From Alphaproteobacteria bacterium (lineage in GTDB: Bacteria; Pseudomonadota; Alphaproteobacteria; UBA7985): a stretch of 64,000 nt of DNA. A program made the position numbers and the translations under genes. The stretch is taken from NCBI GenBank assembly GCA_965229645.1, contig OZ245893.1, forward strand, positions 448,323-512,322. Direction: 5' to 3'. Below the pieces are notes generated by a model that ran no database searches, had not been told where the DNA came from, and saw only the letters and a program-made list of their open reading frames with translations. Shown here in pieces: positions 39,895-49,203 of the stretch. The stretch's first letter is position 1. Every line of letters begins with the position of its first letter.

Positions 39895-40133
39895 TCACGT
39901 CTTCTAGCCCCGCTCTGGGCTTGAAGAAAGTACTTTTTTTCTGAACCAAACCCGAAACGGTGACCCAAACGCCATCTCATACGAAGAGAAAGTGGCTGTA
40001 GGACGTGGCAAAATCCTTGTCCAGCTTAGCCTTTGCAGAAAATCTGAACCAAAATCGTCGATTTCCCACGCCAACAGGGTCAATATGTCCAGTATTCTGG
40101 GGTCAGGGATACGAGAACGCAGAGCCGCCATTT
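39895..40133 (-). promoter_or_regulatory. Putative leader of array 2
   Basis: It lies at the non-degenerate end of the array and contains an A/T run (GTACTTTTTTTCTG). Confidence 0.4.
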
Positions 40134-41366
40134 TCACCCCCGCACAAAAATCTGCAGGTCCGCCACGTTGGTTCCCGTTGCGCCGCGTACGATGAGGCCG
40201 CCGAGGGTTTGGAGGGCGGGGTAGGCGTCGTTGTTGGCCAGTTGGGCGCGGGTTTCGGCGTTCAGGGTCATGGTATGATCGACCAAGCCGCCAGCGGCGT
40301 CGGTGGGGCCGTCGATGCCGTCGGTGCCGCCGCTTAGGAAGGCCCAGGGGCCTGGCAGGTTTTCTAGGTGGGTTATGACATGGAGCGCGAGCTCCTGATT
40401 GCGGCCGCCTTTGCCTGTGCCCTGCACGGTGACGGTGGTTTCGCCGCCCCAGAGCAGCGTGGGGGCAGGGGTGTTGCGGATGTCTTGGGCGATTTGGGCG
40501 GCGGCGGCTTGGACGTCGCCCGTAAGGGCCGCGTTCATGATCTTGGCCTGGCCTGCGCTGGCCATGGCGCGCAGGCTTTGGGCGTTGGAGCCGATCAAGG
40601 CGTTGTCGGCGGGCGGGAGTTCGGTTCGGTTCTTGGGCAGGCGCGGCGTCGCGGCGGTAAGCGCGTCTTGGACGGCGCGCGGCAGGCGCGGCCAGATCTG
40701 CGCCTTGTGTAAAGCGGTCACGGCGTCTTGAGCCGTGCCTAAGGGCGGCGTGGTGGGGCCGCTGGCGACGGCGCGCAGATCATCGCCGATGACGTCGGAG
40801 AGGATCAGCGCGCGCACCTGGGCGGGGGCGGCGAGGGCGCTGAGGCCGCCGCCCTTCAGCTGCGAGAGGTTTTGCCGAACCAAGTTGATGGCCTCAATCG
40901 GCATCCCAGCGGCCAGCATAAGATCGTTGGTGGCTTGCTTGTCGTCCAGGGTCAGGCCAGGGAGCGGGCAGGGCAGGAGCGCGGAGCCCCCACCCGAGAG
41001 CAGCAGCACGATCTCTTCGTCCGCGCCCGCGCGCTGGGCAAGGTCCTTGACCTGCTGCGCCGCCGCTAGGCCCGCCGCGTCGGGGCGGGGATGGCCCGCG
41101 CCCAGGACCTGCGCGCCCGCGACGGGCTGGACGTTTCCGTAGGAGGTCACGGCCAGGGCCGATCTTGGGGTTACAAACTCAAGGGCCGCGCGCATCATGG
41201 CGCAGGCGGCCTTGCCGACGGCGATCAGGTGCGGGTGGGCGGCGGGTGGGTTGGCCTTAAGCGCGCGGCGAACGGCAGCGGCGGGGTCGGCGGCGTCGAT
41301 GCCGACCTGGAACAGGTCTAAGACGCAGGATCTTAAATCCTTCATTTCGCTAGGGAGGTCAGGCAC
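40134..41366 (-). CDS. Glycerate kinase (MOFRL/GckA-TtuD family)
   Basis: 410 aa, with MOFRL-family motifs (GKAACAMM…LLSGGGSALL). The start may instead be the MKDL methionine at 41345. Confidence 0.85.
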   Translation of the reverse strand: MPDLPSEMKDLRSCVLDLFQVGIDAADPAAAVRRALKANPPAAHPHLIAVGKAACAMMRAALEFVTPRSALAVTSYGNVQPVAGAQVLGAGHPRPDAAGLAAAQQVKDLAQRAGADEEIVLLLSGGGSALLPCPLPGLTLDDKQATNDLMLAAGMPIEAINLVRQNLSQLKGGGLSALAAPAQVRALILSDVIGDDLRAVASGPTTPPLGTAQDAVTALHKAQIWPRLPRAVQDALTAATPRLPKNRTELPPADNALIGSNAQSLRAMASAGQAKIMNAALTGDVQAAAAQIAQDIRNTPAPTLLWGGETTVTVQGTGKGGRNQELALHVITHLENLPGPWAFLSGGTDGIDGPTDAAGGLVDHTMTLNAETRAQLANNDAYPALQTLGGLIVRGATGTNVADLQIFVRG

Positions 41367-42380
41367 CGTCCTTCAGCGTCGAACAGATGAATGTGCTGCG
41401 GATCGAAGGTCAGCTTGACGGCATCGCCCTCGCGCAGCCCATCGCTCAAATGGCCGCGCGCGACCAGGCTGTCGCCGCCCTCGGTTTCGACATGGTAAAA
41501 GCTATCTGCGCCCAAGTGTTCGGTGACCGAAATGGTGCCCGCCAGGCCTTTGCCGCGCTTGCTGATCTTCATATGCTCGGGCCGGATGCCCAGGTGCTTC
41601 GGCGTGCCGTCCTTGACCTCGCGTTCAGTCGTGCCGCCAGCGTCGGTCATGGGCAAGATGTTCATTTTCGGCGAACCGATGAAGGTGGCGACGAACAGGT
41701 TGCCTGGATTGGTATAGAGCGCGAGCGGCGTGCCGATCTGCTCGATTTTGCCCGCTGAAAACACCACGATGCGGTTGGCGAGCGTCATGGCTTCGACCTG
41801 GTCGTGGGTCACGTAGATCATGGTCGCTTGCAGTTGACGGTGCAGCTTGGCGATTTGCACGCGCATTTCCACCCGTAGCGCCGCGTCCAAATTCGACAAG
41901 GGCTCGTCGAACAGGAACGCCTTGGGGTTGCGGACGATGCAGCGGCCAATGGCGACCCTTTGCCGTTGCCCGCCGCTCAGTTCCTTGGGCTTGCGGTCCA
42001 AGAGCGCGGTGAGTTGCAGGACCTCCGCCGCCCGATCCACCTCCGCATTTGCCGCCGCCTTGCCCATGCCCGCGACGCGCAAGGGAAAGGCCATGTTGTC
42101 GCGCACCGACTTGTGCGGATAGAGCGCATAAGACTGGAACACCATGGCAAGGCCGCGCTCAGCCGCCGTCAGGCTCGTAACATCTTCCCCGTCGAGGGCG
42201 ATGGTGCCCGCGCTGCTTTCCTCCAGCCCCGCGATCAGGCGCAGCATGGTGGACTTGCCGCAGCCCGACGGGCCGACGAAGACCACGAACTCCTTGTCGT
42301 CGATGTCCAGATCAACGCCCTTGATCACGCTGAGGTTGCCGAAGGCTTTTTTGAGGTTTGAGATTTGGATGCGCGCCATG
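41342..42380 (-). CDS. Sugar ABC transporter ATP-binding protein (MalK/UgpC-like)
   Basis: The conserved start MARIQISNLKKAFG…GPSGCGKST is at 42380, with LSGGQRQRVAIGR, and the ORF is 346 aa. The track ORF extends 130 codons further upstream. Confidence 0.85.
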
Positions 42381-42381
42381 C

Positions 42382-43632
42382 TTAGGCCTCCTGTGCCCAC
42401 GCCAGATAGACCGCTGCGGTCCAGGTGAAGGATGTCCCGCCCAGGCCCGCGCCGTCGAGCGGATTGAAGTATTCGTAGAAGCCTGCGCGGCGGGCCAGCG
42501 CCGCCGTATCGCGGCGTAGGCGTTGCGCGCGGGTCGTCTCGCCCACGCGTGCTAACCCCAGGCCGATCCGGTTGTTCAGCACAAACCAAACCGGCCCGCG
42601 CCAGTAGCGCGCGGGGTCGAAGCCCCGATGATCGGGATCGAAACTGGGCATGAGGAAGCGCACCTTGCCCGCGATGCGGTCGAAATGATCCAAGGTTGCG
42701 CCCAAATGGTCGTCCATGCCCGCGTAGGGCCCCAAAAAACTGGCCGAGGTGATGGCGTCCGACTGCCACCCCGTTTCCAGATCGCGGCTGACGAACGCCT
42801 GCGCCTTAGGGTTCCAAAGCGAGCGCCAGCCCGTCTCCAAGGTAGCAATGCGCCGCTGCGTCGCGGCGGTCGGCATGTTCAGGCGCGTGAGGAGGGCCTG
42901 GAGGTCGCGTTCGGCGGCGAGCAGGATCGCGGTCATGCCCGCGCACGCCATGCGAAACGGGCTGGTACGGCCCAGCGCCTGCTGATCCCACTTCAGCTTA
43001 CGACCCTGATGGACCAGGGTCAGATAACGGTCGTACTCTGCCTTGGTCGGGCGTTGGTCGGCGGCCACATGCTCCAGATCGCGGCGGCGGTAGGCCCCGA
43101 GGCCCGTGTCGGGCACAATGCGCGCCATGGCGCCGTCCCAGTCGCTCAGATTATCGCGGCCCGATTCCCAAGGGTGGACGACGAAAATCGCGCCCTGATC
43201 GTCCTGGCGGGCCTGCGTGAACCAGACGTGCCACGCCTCCAGCCGGCGAACGACGTCGCGCAAACCAGCCAGGGCGACGCCGTTCTCGCAAATCTGTCGC
43301 AAGATCGAGGCGGCGACGGGCGGCTGCGTAATGCCGCTGGTGGGCACGTCTTGGCCCGTTTGCCAGACCTCGGGACCTGGGAAGTAGCCCGCATGATCGC
43401 CGCGAAAGACGATGTGCGGGACCATGCCGTCGGCCCATTGCGCCGACAGCAGCAGGGCGATTTCGCCGAAGGCGCGCTCGGGATCGTGCAGCGCATAGCC
43501 GAGGGCGGCGAAGGCAGAATCCCAGTTGAACTGCACGGGGTAAAGCCCGTGGGTCGGGACCGAATACGTGCCCCGATCGTTGGCGGCCAGGATCGCTCGA
43601 GCCTGATCGGGCAGGTTCCAGGCTTGTTCCAT
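42382..43632 (-). CDS. GH63-like glycoside hydrolase (mannosyl-/glucosyl-glycerate hydrolase-like)
   Basis: About 416 aa from MEQAWNL. It has an (alpha/alpha)6-type hydrolase signature (YPVQFNWDSAF…HPWESGRDN). Its position between transporter and glycerate kinase genes supports the call. Confidence 0.6.
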   Translation of the reverse strand: MEQAWNLPDQARAILAANDRGTYSVPTHGLYPVQFNWDSAFAALGYALHDPERAFGEIALLLSAQWADGMVPHIVFRGDHAGYFPGPEVWQTGQDVPTSGITQPPVAASILRQICENGVALAGLRDVVRRLEAWHVWFTQARQDDQGAIFVVHPWESGRDNLSDWDGAMARIVPDTGLGAYRRRDLEHVAADQRPTKAEYDRYLTLVHQGRKLKWDQQALGRTSPFRMACAGMTAILLAAERDLQALLTRLNMPTAATQRRIATLETGWRSLWNPKAQAFVSRDLETGWQSDAITSASFLGPYAGMDDHLGATLDHFDRIAGKVRFLMPSFDPDHRGFDPARYWRGPVWFVLNNRIGLGLARVGETTRAQRLRRDTAALARRAGFYEYFNPLDGAGLGGTSFTWTAAVYLAWAQEA

Positions 43633-44870
43633 CAACCCTTGACCCCGCCCGAGGTCAGACCCTGCACCATGAAGCGTTCGGCCCACAAGAACAGCACCAC
43701 GATGGGCACGGTGGCGACGACGGCGGCGGCCATCAGGTCTTGTTCGGCAACCTCCGAGGAGTTCATGGAGTTGATCCCGATGGGCAAGGTAAAGCTGGCT
43801 TGATCGGACAGCAGCATGAAGGCGATCAGGAATTCATTCCAAGCGATCATGAACACATAGAGCGCCACCGAAGCGATGGCGGGCAGGGCCAGCGGGATGG
43901 TGATCGACCAAATGACCCGCAGGCGCGAACACCCGTCCATGAGCCCCGCTTCCTCCAACTCGGCGGGCAGGCCGCGGAAGTAGCCTTGCAACATATAGAG
44001 CGCCACGGGCAAAGTGGTGGCGGGATAGACCAGCAGCAGGCCCCAGGCATTGCGCAGCCCCAGGTTGGTCAGCATCACAAACAGGGGAATGACCAGGACA
44101 ATGACGGGCACCAAATAGATCATCAGGACCGAGCGGGACAGGAGGCGCTGGCCAGGAAAGGTCAGGCGCGAGATGGCGTAGGCCCCAGGGACCGCCAGCG
44201 CCAGCGTCAAGACCACGGTAAGCAAGCTAACCCAGACCGAATTGAGAAAGTAGCGCCCAAAGAAATTTGACGCGATGGCGCCCGCGTCCGCCGCGAACAA
44301 GTTGTAGTAGGCGCGGAACGGGTCCAGCGTCGCTTTGGCACCGCCGCCCAGCGCGGCAAAGTCGTGCCTCGCGCCCGAGGGCGTAGTGTACAGGCTGCCC
44401 GAGATCATGAGGAACAGGGGCACCGTCACAATAAGGCCGAAGAACAGCAGGCCCAGCCCGCGCACGGCGCGCGCCAGGCTGGCCTCGACCCGATAGCGAT
44501 TGAGCGCGCTGCCCGCTAAGGGTGACAGAGTGTGGGAACTGACCCCGACGGTGAGAAGGGCCGCCGCGATCAGCGCGCCGAGCGAGACCAGCGGCGTGGC
44601 GAGGAGCGACTGCCCGAAGGGGTGGCCAAGAGTCAGGGCAGTCACCAGCAGGGCCAAAGCCAGGCCCAAGAGCGGCAGTTTGACGCTCACCTGTTCGCCC
44701 GTCAGCGCGGCCCCCGCGCCGACTCCGACGCCCGCCAGCAACCACAAGAGATACCAGGGACGATAGCCCTCGCCCGTGATCAGCGAGGCGAGCAGCCCGA
44801 CCGTGAGCGCGATCACCAGCGCCCATATCCCCGTCACGGCCCCATGCAGGGCGAGGCGGCGGGCGTTCAT
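43632..44870 (-). CDS. Sugar ABC transporter permease (UgpE/MalG-like)
   Basis: Its start MNARR is coupled (ATGA) to the upstream permease stop. It is a multi-TM protein with an EAA-like loop. Confidence 0.8.
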   Translation of the reverse strand: MNARRLALHGAVTGIWALVIALTVGLLASLITGEGYRPWYLLWLLAGVGVGAGAALTGEQVSVKLPLLGLALALLVTALTLGHPFGQSLLATPLVSLGALIAAALLTVGVSSHTLSPLAGSALNRYRVEASLARAVRGLGLLFFGLIVTVPLFLMISGSLYTTPSGARHDFAALGGGAKATLDPFRAYYNLFAADAGAIASNFFGRYFLNSVWVSLLTVVLTLALAVPGAYAISRLTFPGQRLLSRSVLMIYLVPVIVLVIPLFVMLTNLGLRNAWGLLLVYPATTLPVALYMLQGYFRGLPAELEEAGLMDGCSRLRVIWSITIPLALPAIASVALYVFMIAWNEFLIAFMLLSDQASFTLPIGINSMNSSEVAEQDLMAAAVVATVPIVVLFLWAERFMVQGLTSGGVKG

Positions 44871-46189
44871 AGCCCTTCCTCGCGCGGTGATACCCAAAAA
44901 TACAGGGCCGCGAAGCCGCACAAGATGGCGAAGATCAGGACCGCCACGGCGGAGGCCGCGCCGAAGTTGTCGATGGAAAACCAGCGATAGACTTCGATGG
45001 TGAGGGTCTGGGTCCCCGACCCGCCGCCGGTCAGCAAGAAGATGTCCTCGAACTTGTTGAAGGTCCAAATAAAGCGCAGCAAGAACAGCACCGACATGAT
45101 GCCGATCAGCATGGGCATGGACAGGGCGAAGAACTGCTGGAACGGCGAGGCGCCGTCCATGGTCGCCGCCTCGTACATATCTTGGGGGATCGACTGTATG
45201 CGCGCCAAGATGAACAAGAAGGCCAGCGGGAAGTAGCGCCAAGCCTCAAAGACGATGACCGAGGTGAGGGCGACGGGAAAGGTCATTTCCAGGCCCAAGA
45301 AGGTGAAGGTCTGCGAAGTTTTTCCGAAGAAATTAAATGGGCGATCCAGCGCGCCCATCTGCACGAACAGATCGTTCAAGGACCCGTTGGTTGGGTTCAA
45401 CAAGGCGACCCAGGTCAACGCCACGGCGATCACGGGCGCGACGTAGGGAAACAGCAGCAGGCCGCGAAACACCGACCGGCCCCGAAACGGTTGATTGAGC
45501 AACAGGGCGGCAAACAGCCCGATCAGGATCGCGCCGAAGGTGGAGAAGAAGGTGTAGGCGAAGGTGGTGCCCAAAATGCCCCAGAAATTGCGCGTATTGA
45601 CCGCCTTGGTGAAATTCTCGCCCGTTAGCGGCTGGGCAATCAAAGGGTTGGGAACCGTACCCAAGACCTGAAAGTTGGGGTCGTGGGCGTCGAGGCGGGC
45701 GGCGTCAAAGCCCGGGGCCGCGGTCACGCTGAGGTTGAGACGCTGCGAAAATCGCTCGTCCAAGTTCACATCGCCAAAGCGGCAGGTCAGGCGGCCCGCG
45801 CGCAAAGCACAACGCGGGTCGAGTTCCGCCGCTACCAGGTCTTGCGGCCAGTCGGCCTCAAAGCCAAAGCTGCTATAAACGAGACCCGCGTTAGCGGGAA
45901 TTCGGGCGGTGAAGCGGTAGATCGCCGCGTCCCCCGCAGCGTCCACATCACCGCGCAGCCGCTCGGAAAGTTGCGCGCGCGGCGGGCTCAAATCCTCCAG
46001 CTCGATATTCTTGCCCGCGATCCAAAAGGTGGTCAGCAACGGCAACAGCACGACGCCGAGGACCACCAAAATTCCAGGCAAGGTCAGGGCCAAGGCCAGG
46101 CGGCTGGTCCGCCGCGACATGCGCCCAGGTTTGTGGACCAAAGGCGCGTCAGCGACTGACTCGGCGGGTTGAGGAAGCGATGCGGACAC
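44867..46189 (-). CDS. Sugar ABC transporter permease (UgpA/MalF-like)
   Basis: A multi-TM protein with a large periplasmic loop. The start may be the MSRRTSR methionine at 46120. Confidence 0.8.
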   Translation of the reverse strand: MSASLPQPAESVADAPLVHKPGRMSRRTSRLALALTLPGILVVLGVVLLPLLTTFWIAGKNIELEDLSPPRAQLSERLRGDVDAAGDAAIYRFTARIPANAGLVYSSFGFEADWPQDLVAAELDPRCALRAGRLTCRFGDVNLDERFSQRLNLSVTAAPGFDAARLDAHDPNFQVLGTVPNPLIAQPLTGENFTKAVNTRNFWGILGTTFAYTFFSTFGAILIGLFAALLLNQPFRGRSVFRGLLLFPYVAPVIAVALTWVALLNPTNGSLNDLFVQMGALDRPFNFFGKTSQTFTFLGLEMTFPVALTSVIVFEAWRYFPLAFLFILARIQSIPQDMYEAATMDGASPFQQFFALSMPMLIGIMSVLFLLRFIWTFNKFEDIFLLTGGGSGTQTLTIEVYRWFSIDNFGAASAVAVLIFAILCGFAALYFWVSPREEGL

Positions 46190-46259
46190 GGGAGGCTTTT
46201 AACCGAAAAAGAAAAAGACGAGGGGGCCAAAAGCGGCCCCCTCGCATCGAACCAAGGGC

Positions 46260-47612
46260 TTAATCGATCTTCGCCAGCTCTTCGTTCATGAGGGCGATGG
46301 TCGCCTCTGCGTCGCGCGCGCCGTCGACAAACTCGCGGACCAAGGTGTTGAGCACGCGCGAGTTGTTGATCTTAGACGCAAGCGCCAGTTGCCCCTCGGT
46401 CACGCCCCAACGGCTCGGTGTTTCCAGGCCCGACGCGATGGCGGCGATCACGTCCGCTGGATAGAGATCTGCCAGGGGCGCTTTGCGATCGACGCCGACG
46501 GGCAAGGTGGACCAAAGGTCAACGTACTCGGTTGAGCCCGCCTCGGGGCCCAGACGCACGGGGAACTTGCCTTCGGGCGCGATCGACAAGGTGCTTGCGT
46601 AGCCGTCGGAGAGCGAATACTCGATGAAGGCCGTCGCGGCCTCTTCTTCCTCAGAATCGGCCATGACCGAGAGGAAGCGCACATCGGCCCAGCCCGCGCC
46701 CGCTGGGTTCGACGGTCCAGCAAGGGAGGAAACGATGCCCGTCATGGCCGCCAGTTCGGTCGTGGTCGGGTCATCGTTGATGGCGGGGGCCGCCGAATCG
46801 CGCAAGCCTGCCAATTCATCCAAGATGAATGGCGACCAAATGATCATGGCCGCTTCGCCCGCGAAGTACATGGACCGGGCTTGCTTCCAGTAAAGTTCGC
46901 CATCGGGGGAGGCATCGACCAGGGTTTTGTAGAACTCCAGCACTTCGGTAGTTGCCGCGGCATCCAGTTTCATCAGGCCGTTCGCATCGACCGGGGAGAC
47001 GCCGTTGGCCAGGAACACATGTTCCAGCACCTGCGACATGAAGCCTTCGTCGACCTTGGTCGGGGCGACGAAACCGTACATGCTCGGGGGATTGTGCAGG
47101 GCGGCGATGGCAGCCTCAATATCGGCGTAGGAATCGGGCGCTTCGAGGCCCATTTCCGCAAATAGATCGGCGCGATAGACCACCAACTGCGTCCAGCCAT
47201 CGACGGGCGCGCCCGCGTAGTCGCCGTCGAACGCGGCCATGTTCAGCGCGCCGCTGCGGAAGGTATCGACGCCGAGGTTTTCAACCGCTTCGGTGGTGGC
47301 ATCGATATTGATCAGGCCCGCCTCCGCCCAGGGCAGGGCGTACTGCAGGGGGTAGTAGACCACGTCGGGCAGGTCGCCCGCAGCGAAAGCGGCCGCGGCG
47401 CGGGTGCCCATTTCGGATTCCGTGACGGGAATCACTTGTACGATGATGCCCGTTTCTTCGCCAAAATCGGCGGCGAGCGCCACCTGCTTGGCCAGACGGT
47501 CGGGCTGTTCTTCGGTGGTCCAGAACTTGATGGCCTGGGCCTGGGCCACATTGACGGCGCCAAGGGCGACGGTGGCGGCAAGAATCGCTTTTCTCATGAG
47601 AAACTCCTTCAA
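46260..47612 (-). CDS. Extracellular solute-binding protein (family 1), sugar ABC transporter
   Basis: It has a signal peptide (AILAATVALGAVNVAQAQA) and is 450 aa. Confidence 0.8.
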   Translation of the reverse strand: MKEFLMRKAILAATVALGAVNVAQAQAIKFWTTEEQPDRLAKQVALAADFGEETGIIVQVIPVTESEMGTRAAAAFAAGDLPDVVYYPLQYALPWAEAGLINIDATTEAVENLGVDTFRSGALNMAAFDGDYAGAPVDGWTQLVVYRADLFAEMGLEAPDSYADIEAAIAALHNPPSMYGFVAPTKVDEGFMSQVLEHVFLANGVSPVDANGLMKLDAAATTEVLEFYKTLVDASPDGELYWKQARSMYFAGEAAMIIWSPFILDELAGLRDSAAPAINDDPTTTELAAMTGIVSSLAGPSNPAGAGWADVRFLSVMADSEEEEAATAFIEYSLSDGYASTLSIAPEGKFPVRLGPEAGSTEYVDLWSTLPVGVDRKAPLADLYPADVIAAIASGLETPSRWGVTEGQLALASKINNSRVLNTLVREFVDGARDAEATIALMNEELAKID

Positions 47613-48680
47613 CTATAAAGCGGGTGAGGTCGATCCACGCAGGATCAAGGTAGGCTGAATCAGCCGTTGCAAGTCTCGGGGCGCTTGGCCCTGGATGAGA
47701 CCGACAATCATGGTCGCCATAGCTGCGCCGCAGTCGGCCGCAGAATGGGAAAGGGTGGTAATCGGGGGGTTGAAGACTTCGGCAAGGCGTACGCCGTCGT
47801 AGCCTGTGATGGACAGGTCGTCGGGAATACGAACGCCGAGGGCGCCCGCGGCGGAAACCGCGCCCATGGCCATGGCGTCGTTGGCGCAAATGAGGGCGGT
47901 AAAGTCGCGCGTGTTGGCCACGGCGTGGGTCAGCGCGCGCCGTCCAGCCTCGGCGGAAAAATCCCCGTCGAAACGATCGGCCAGTGCGAGGCCCGCGTCG
48001 GCCAGCGCACGCGCAACCCCCGCTTCACGGTACTGGCTGCTGTACACCTTTGGATCGCCCGCCAGATAAGCGATGCGCCGATGGCCTTGTTCGATCAAAT
48101 GCTGGGCGACGCGGAAAAATCCCTGCTCGGCGTCGATATCGAGCCAGGCCTGATCGTCTTGACCCTCAAACCGCCCCTGGGCCACAAACGGAAGGCCGTG
48201 GGCCGTCAGATAGGCAAGGCGGGGGTCCTGGTGGCGGGTACCCATTAGAATAAACCCATCGACCTTCCCCTCCTGGGCCAAACGCGCGTAAGCCGCGACC
48301 TCTTGACTGGGGTCGGCAACAGCGTGGAGCAGCAAATCGTGCCCCCGCTCGGCCAAGGCCAGCGCCAGGGCGTTGGTGAATTCGGATTGATAGGCGGACC
48401 GCAGGCCCGAGGCGCTGATGGCGGTCACAAAGCCAATGGCCTCAGCTTTGCCGCGCGAAAGCTGCCGCGCGCGGCTGGACGCCTGATACCCCAATTCCGC
48501 CGCGGCCAGCCGCACACGCCGCTTGGTCGCCTCGGCGATGTCGGGATAGTCATTGAGCGCGCGGGACAGGGTCGGTTTGGTCAAGCCTGTCCGCTGCGCC
48601 AACTCGGCCAAAGTCGCCCGCTTCGGTCCCTCGGGCACGATTGGCGGCGCAACGGCAGGCATGGCGGCAGGTTCTGGCAT
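47613..48680 (-). CDS. LacI-family transcriptional regulator
   Basis: N-terminal HTH ATLAELAQRTGLTKPTLSRALN plus a periplasmic-binding-like domain. The track ORF is 355 aa, but the functional start probably lies downstream of its first M. Confidence 0.85.
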   Translation of the reverse strand: MPEPAAMPAVAPPIVPEGPKRATLAELAQRTGLTKPTLSRALNDYPDIAEATKRRVRLAAAELGYQASSRARQLSRGKAEAIGFVTAISASGLRSAYQSEFTNALALALAERGHDLLLHAVADPSQEVAAYARLAQEGKVDGFILMGTRHQDPRLAYLTAHGLPFVAQGRFEGQDDQAWLDIDAEQGFFRVAQHLIEQGHRRIAYLAGDPKVYSSQYREAGVARALADAGLALADRFDGDFSAEAGRRALTHAVANTRDFTALICANDAMAMGAVSAAGALGVRIPDDLSITGYDGVRLAEVFNPPITTLSHSAADCGAAMATMIVGLIQGQAPRDLQRLIQPTLILRGSTSPAL

Positions 48681-48964
48681 GGTAAGGCAAGTCTCTTGAT
48701 CGCGCCTCTACCGAAATCGGTTTCGGAGTCAATCAGAATTTTGAACCCTAAGCCAGTCTCGGGCGATTCAAGACCAGGTCATCGGCGTGGGCGACGCGAA
48801 GTCGTAGGATCTGGGCACCTGCTGTTTCCGCTCGAACGGAAAGCGGGCACAAGGAGGAAGCAGGCAACCCAAAGTCGGCACCCATCGTTTTCACGGCTGG
48901 AGTTCAGTGATGGATGCTGCGACTGCGCGCTGCATGACATCGCGAGAGGATCTCGGGACACTCG

Positions 48965-49064
48965 ACCCCCGTCATCCAGCGCGGAGCAAAGCGAAGTCGC
49001 AGGATCCAGCACTGGTCGGCGGCAGGCAGTCCAGATGGCACGAACTTCGCGTTGCGCCAAACGA
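48965..49064. repeat. Interspersed repeat of about 100 bp, copy B
   Basis: It shares a core of about 45 bp (43 of 45 or so identical) with 27872-27974. Confidence 0.4.
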
Positions 49065-49203
49065 TCCCCGACAGGCAGACCCATGCCCAATTCCCCTTCC
49101 TGGAAAAGGGGGCAGGCGCAGCCCGACGGGCACTCGTCGATGACGCCCGCCGCCTAGGCGGGTCGCGATGGCCCGCCTAGATAAGAACCCTGGATGCGCG
49201 GCC

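Noticed and set aside
40134-41366. Possibility that the intact glycerate kinase is itself the foreign copy
   Set aside because: Its last 400 bp have host-like GC (about 70% by eye) and it sits in a coherent operon. It is still formally possible that its extreme 3' end was supplied by the most recent insertion, and I cannot resolve this without comparing against a related genome that has an empty site.
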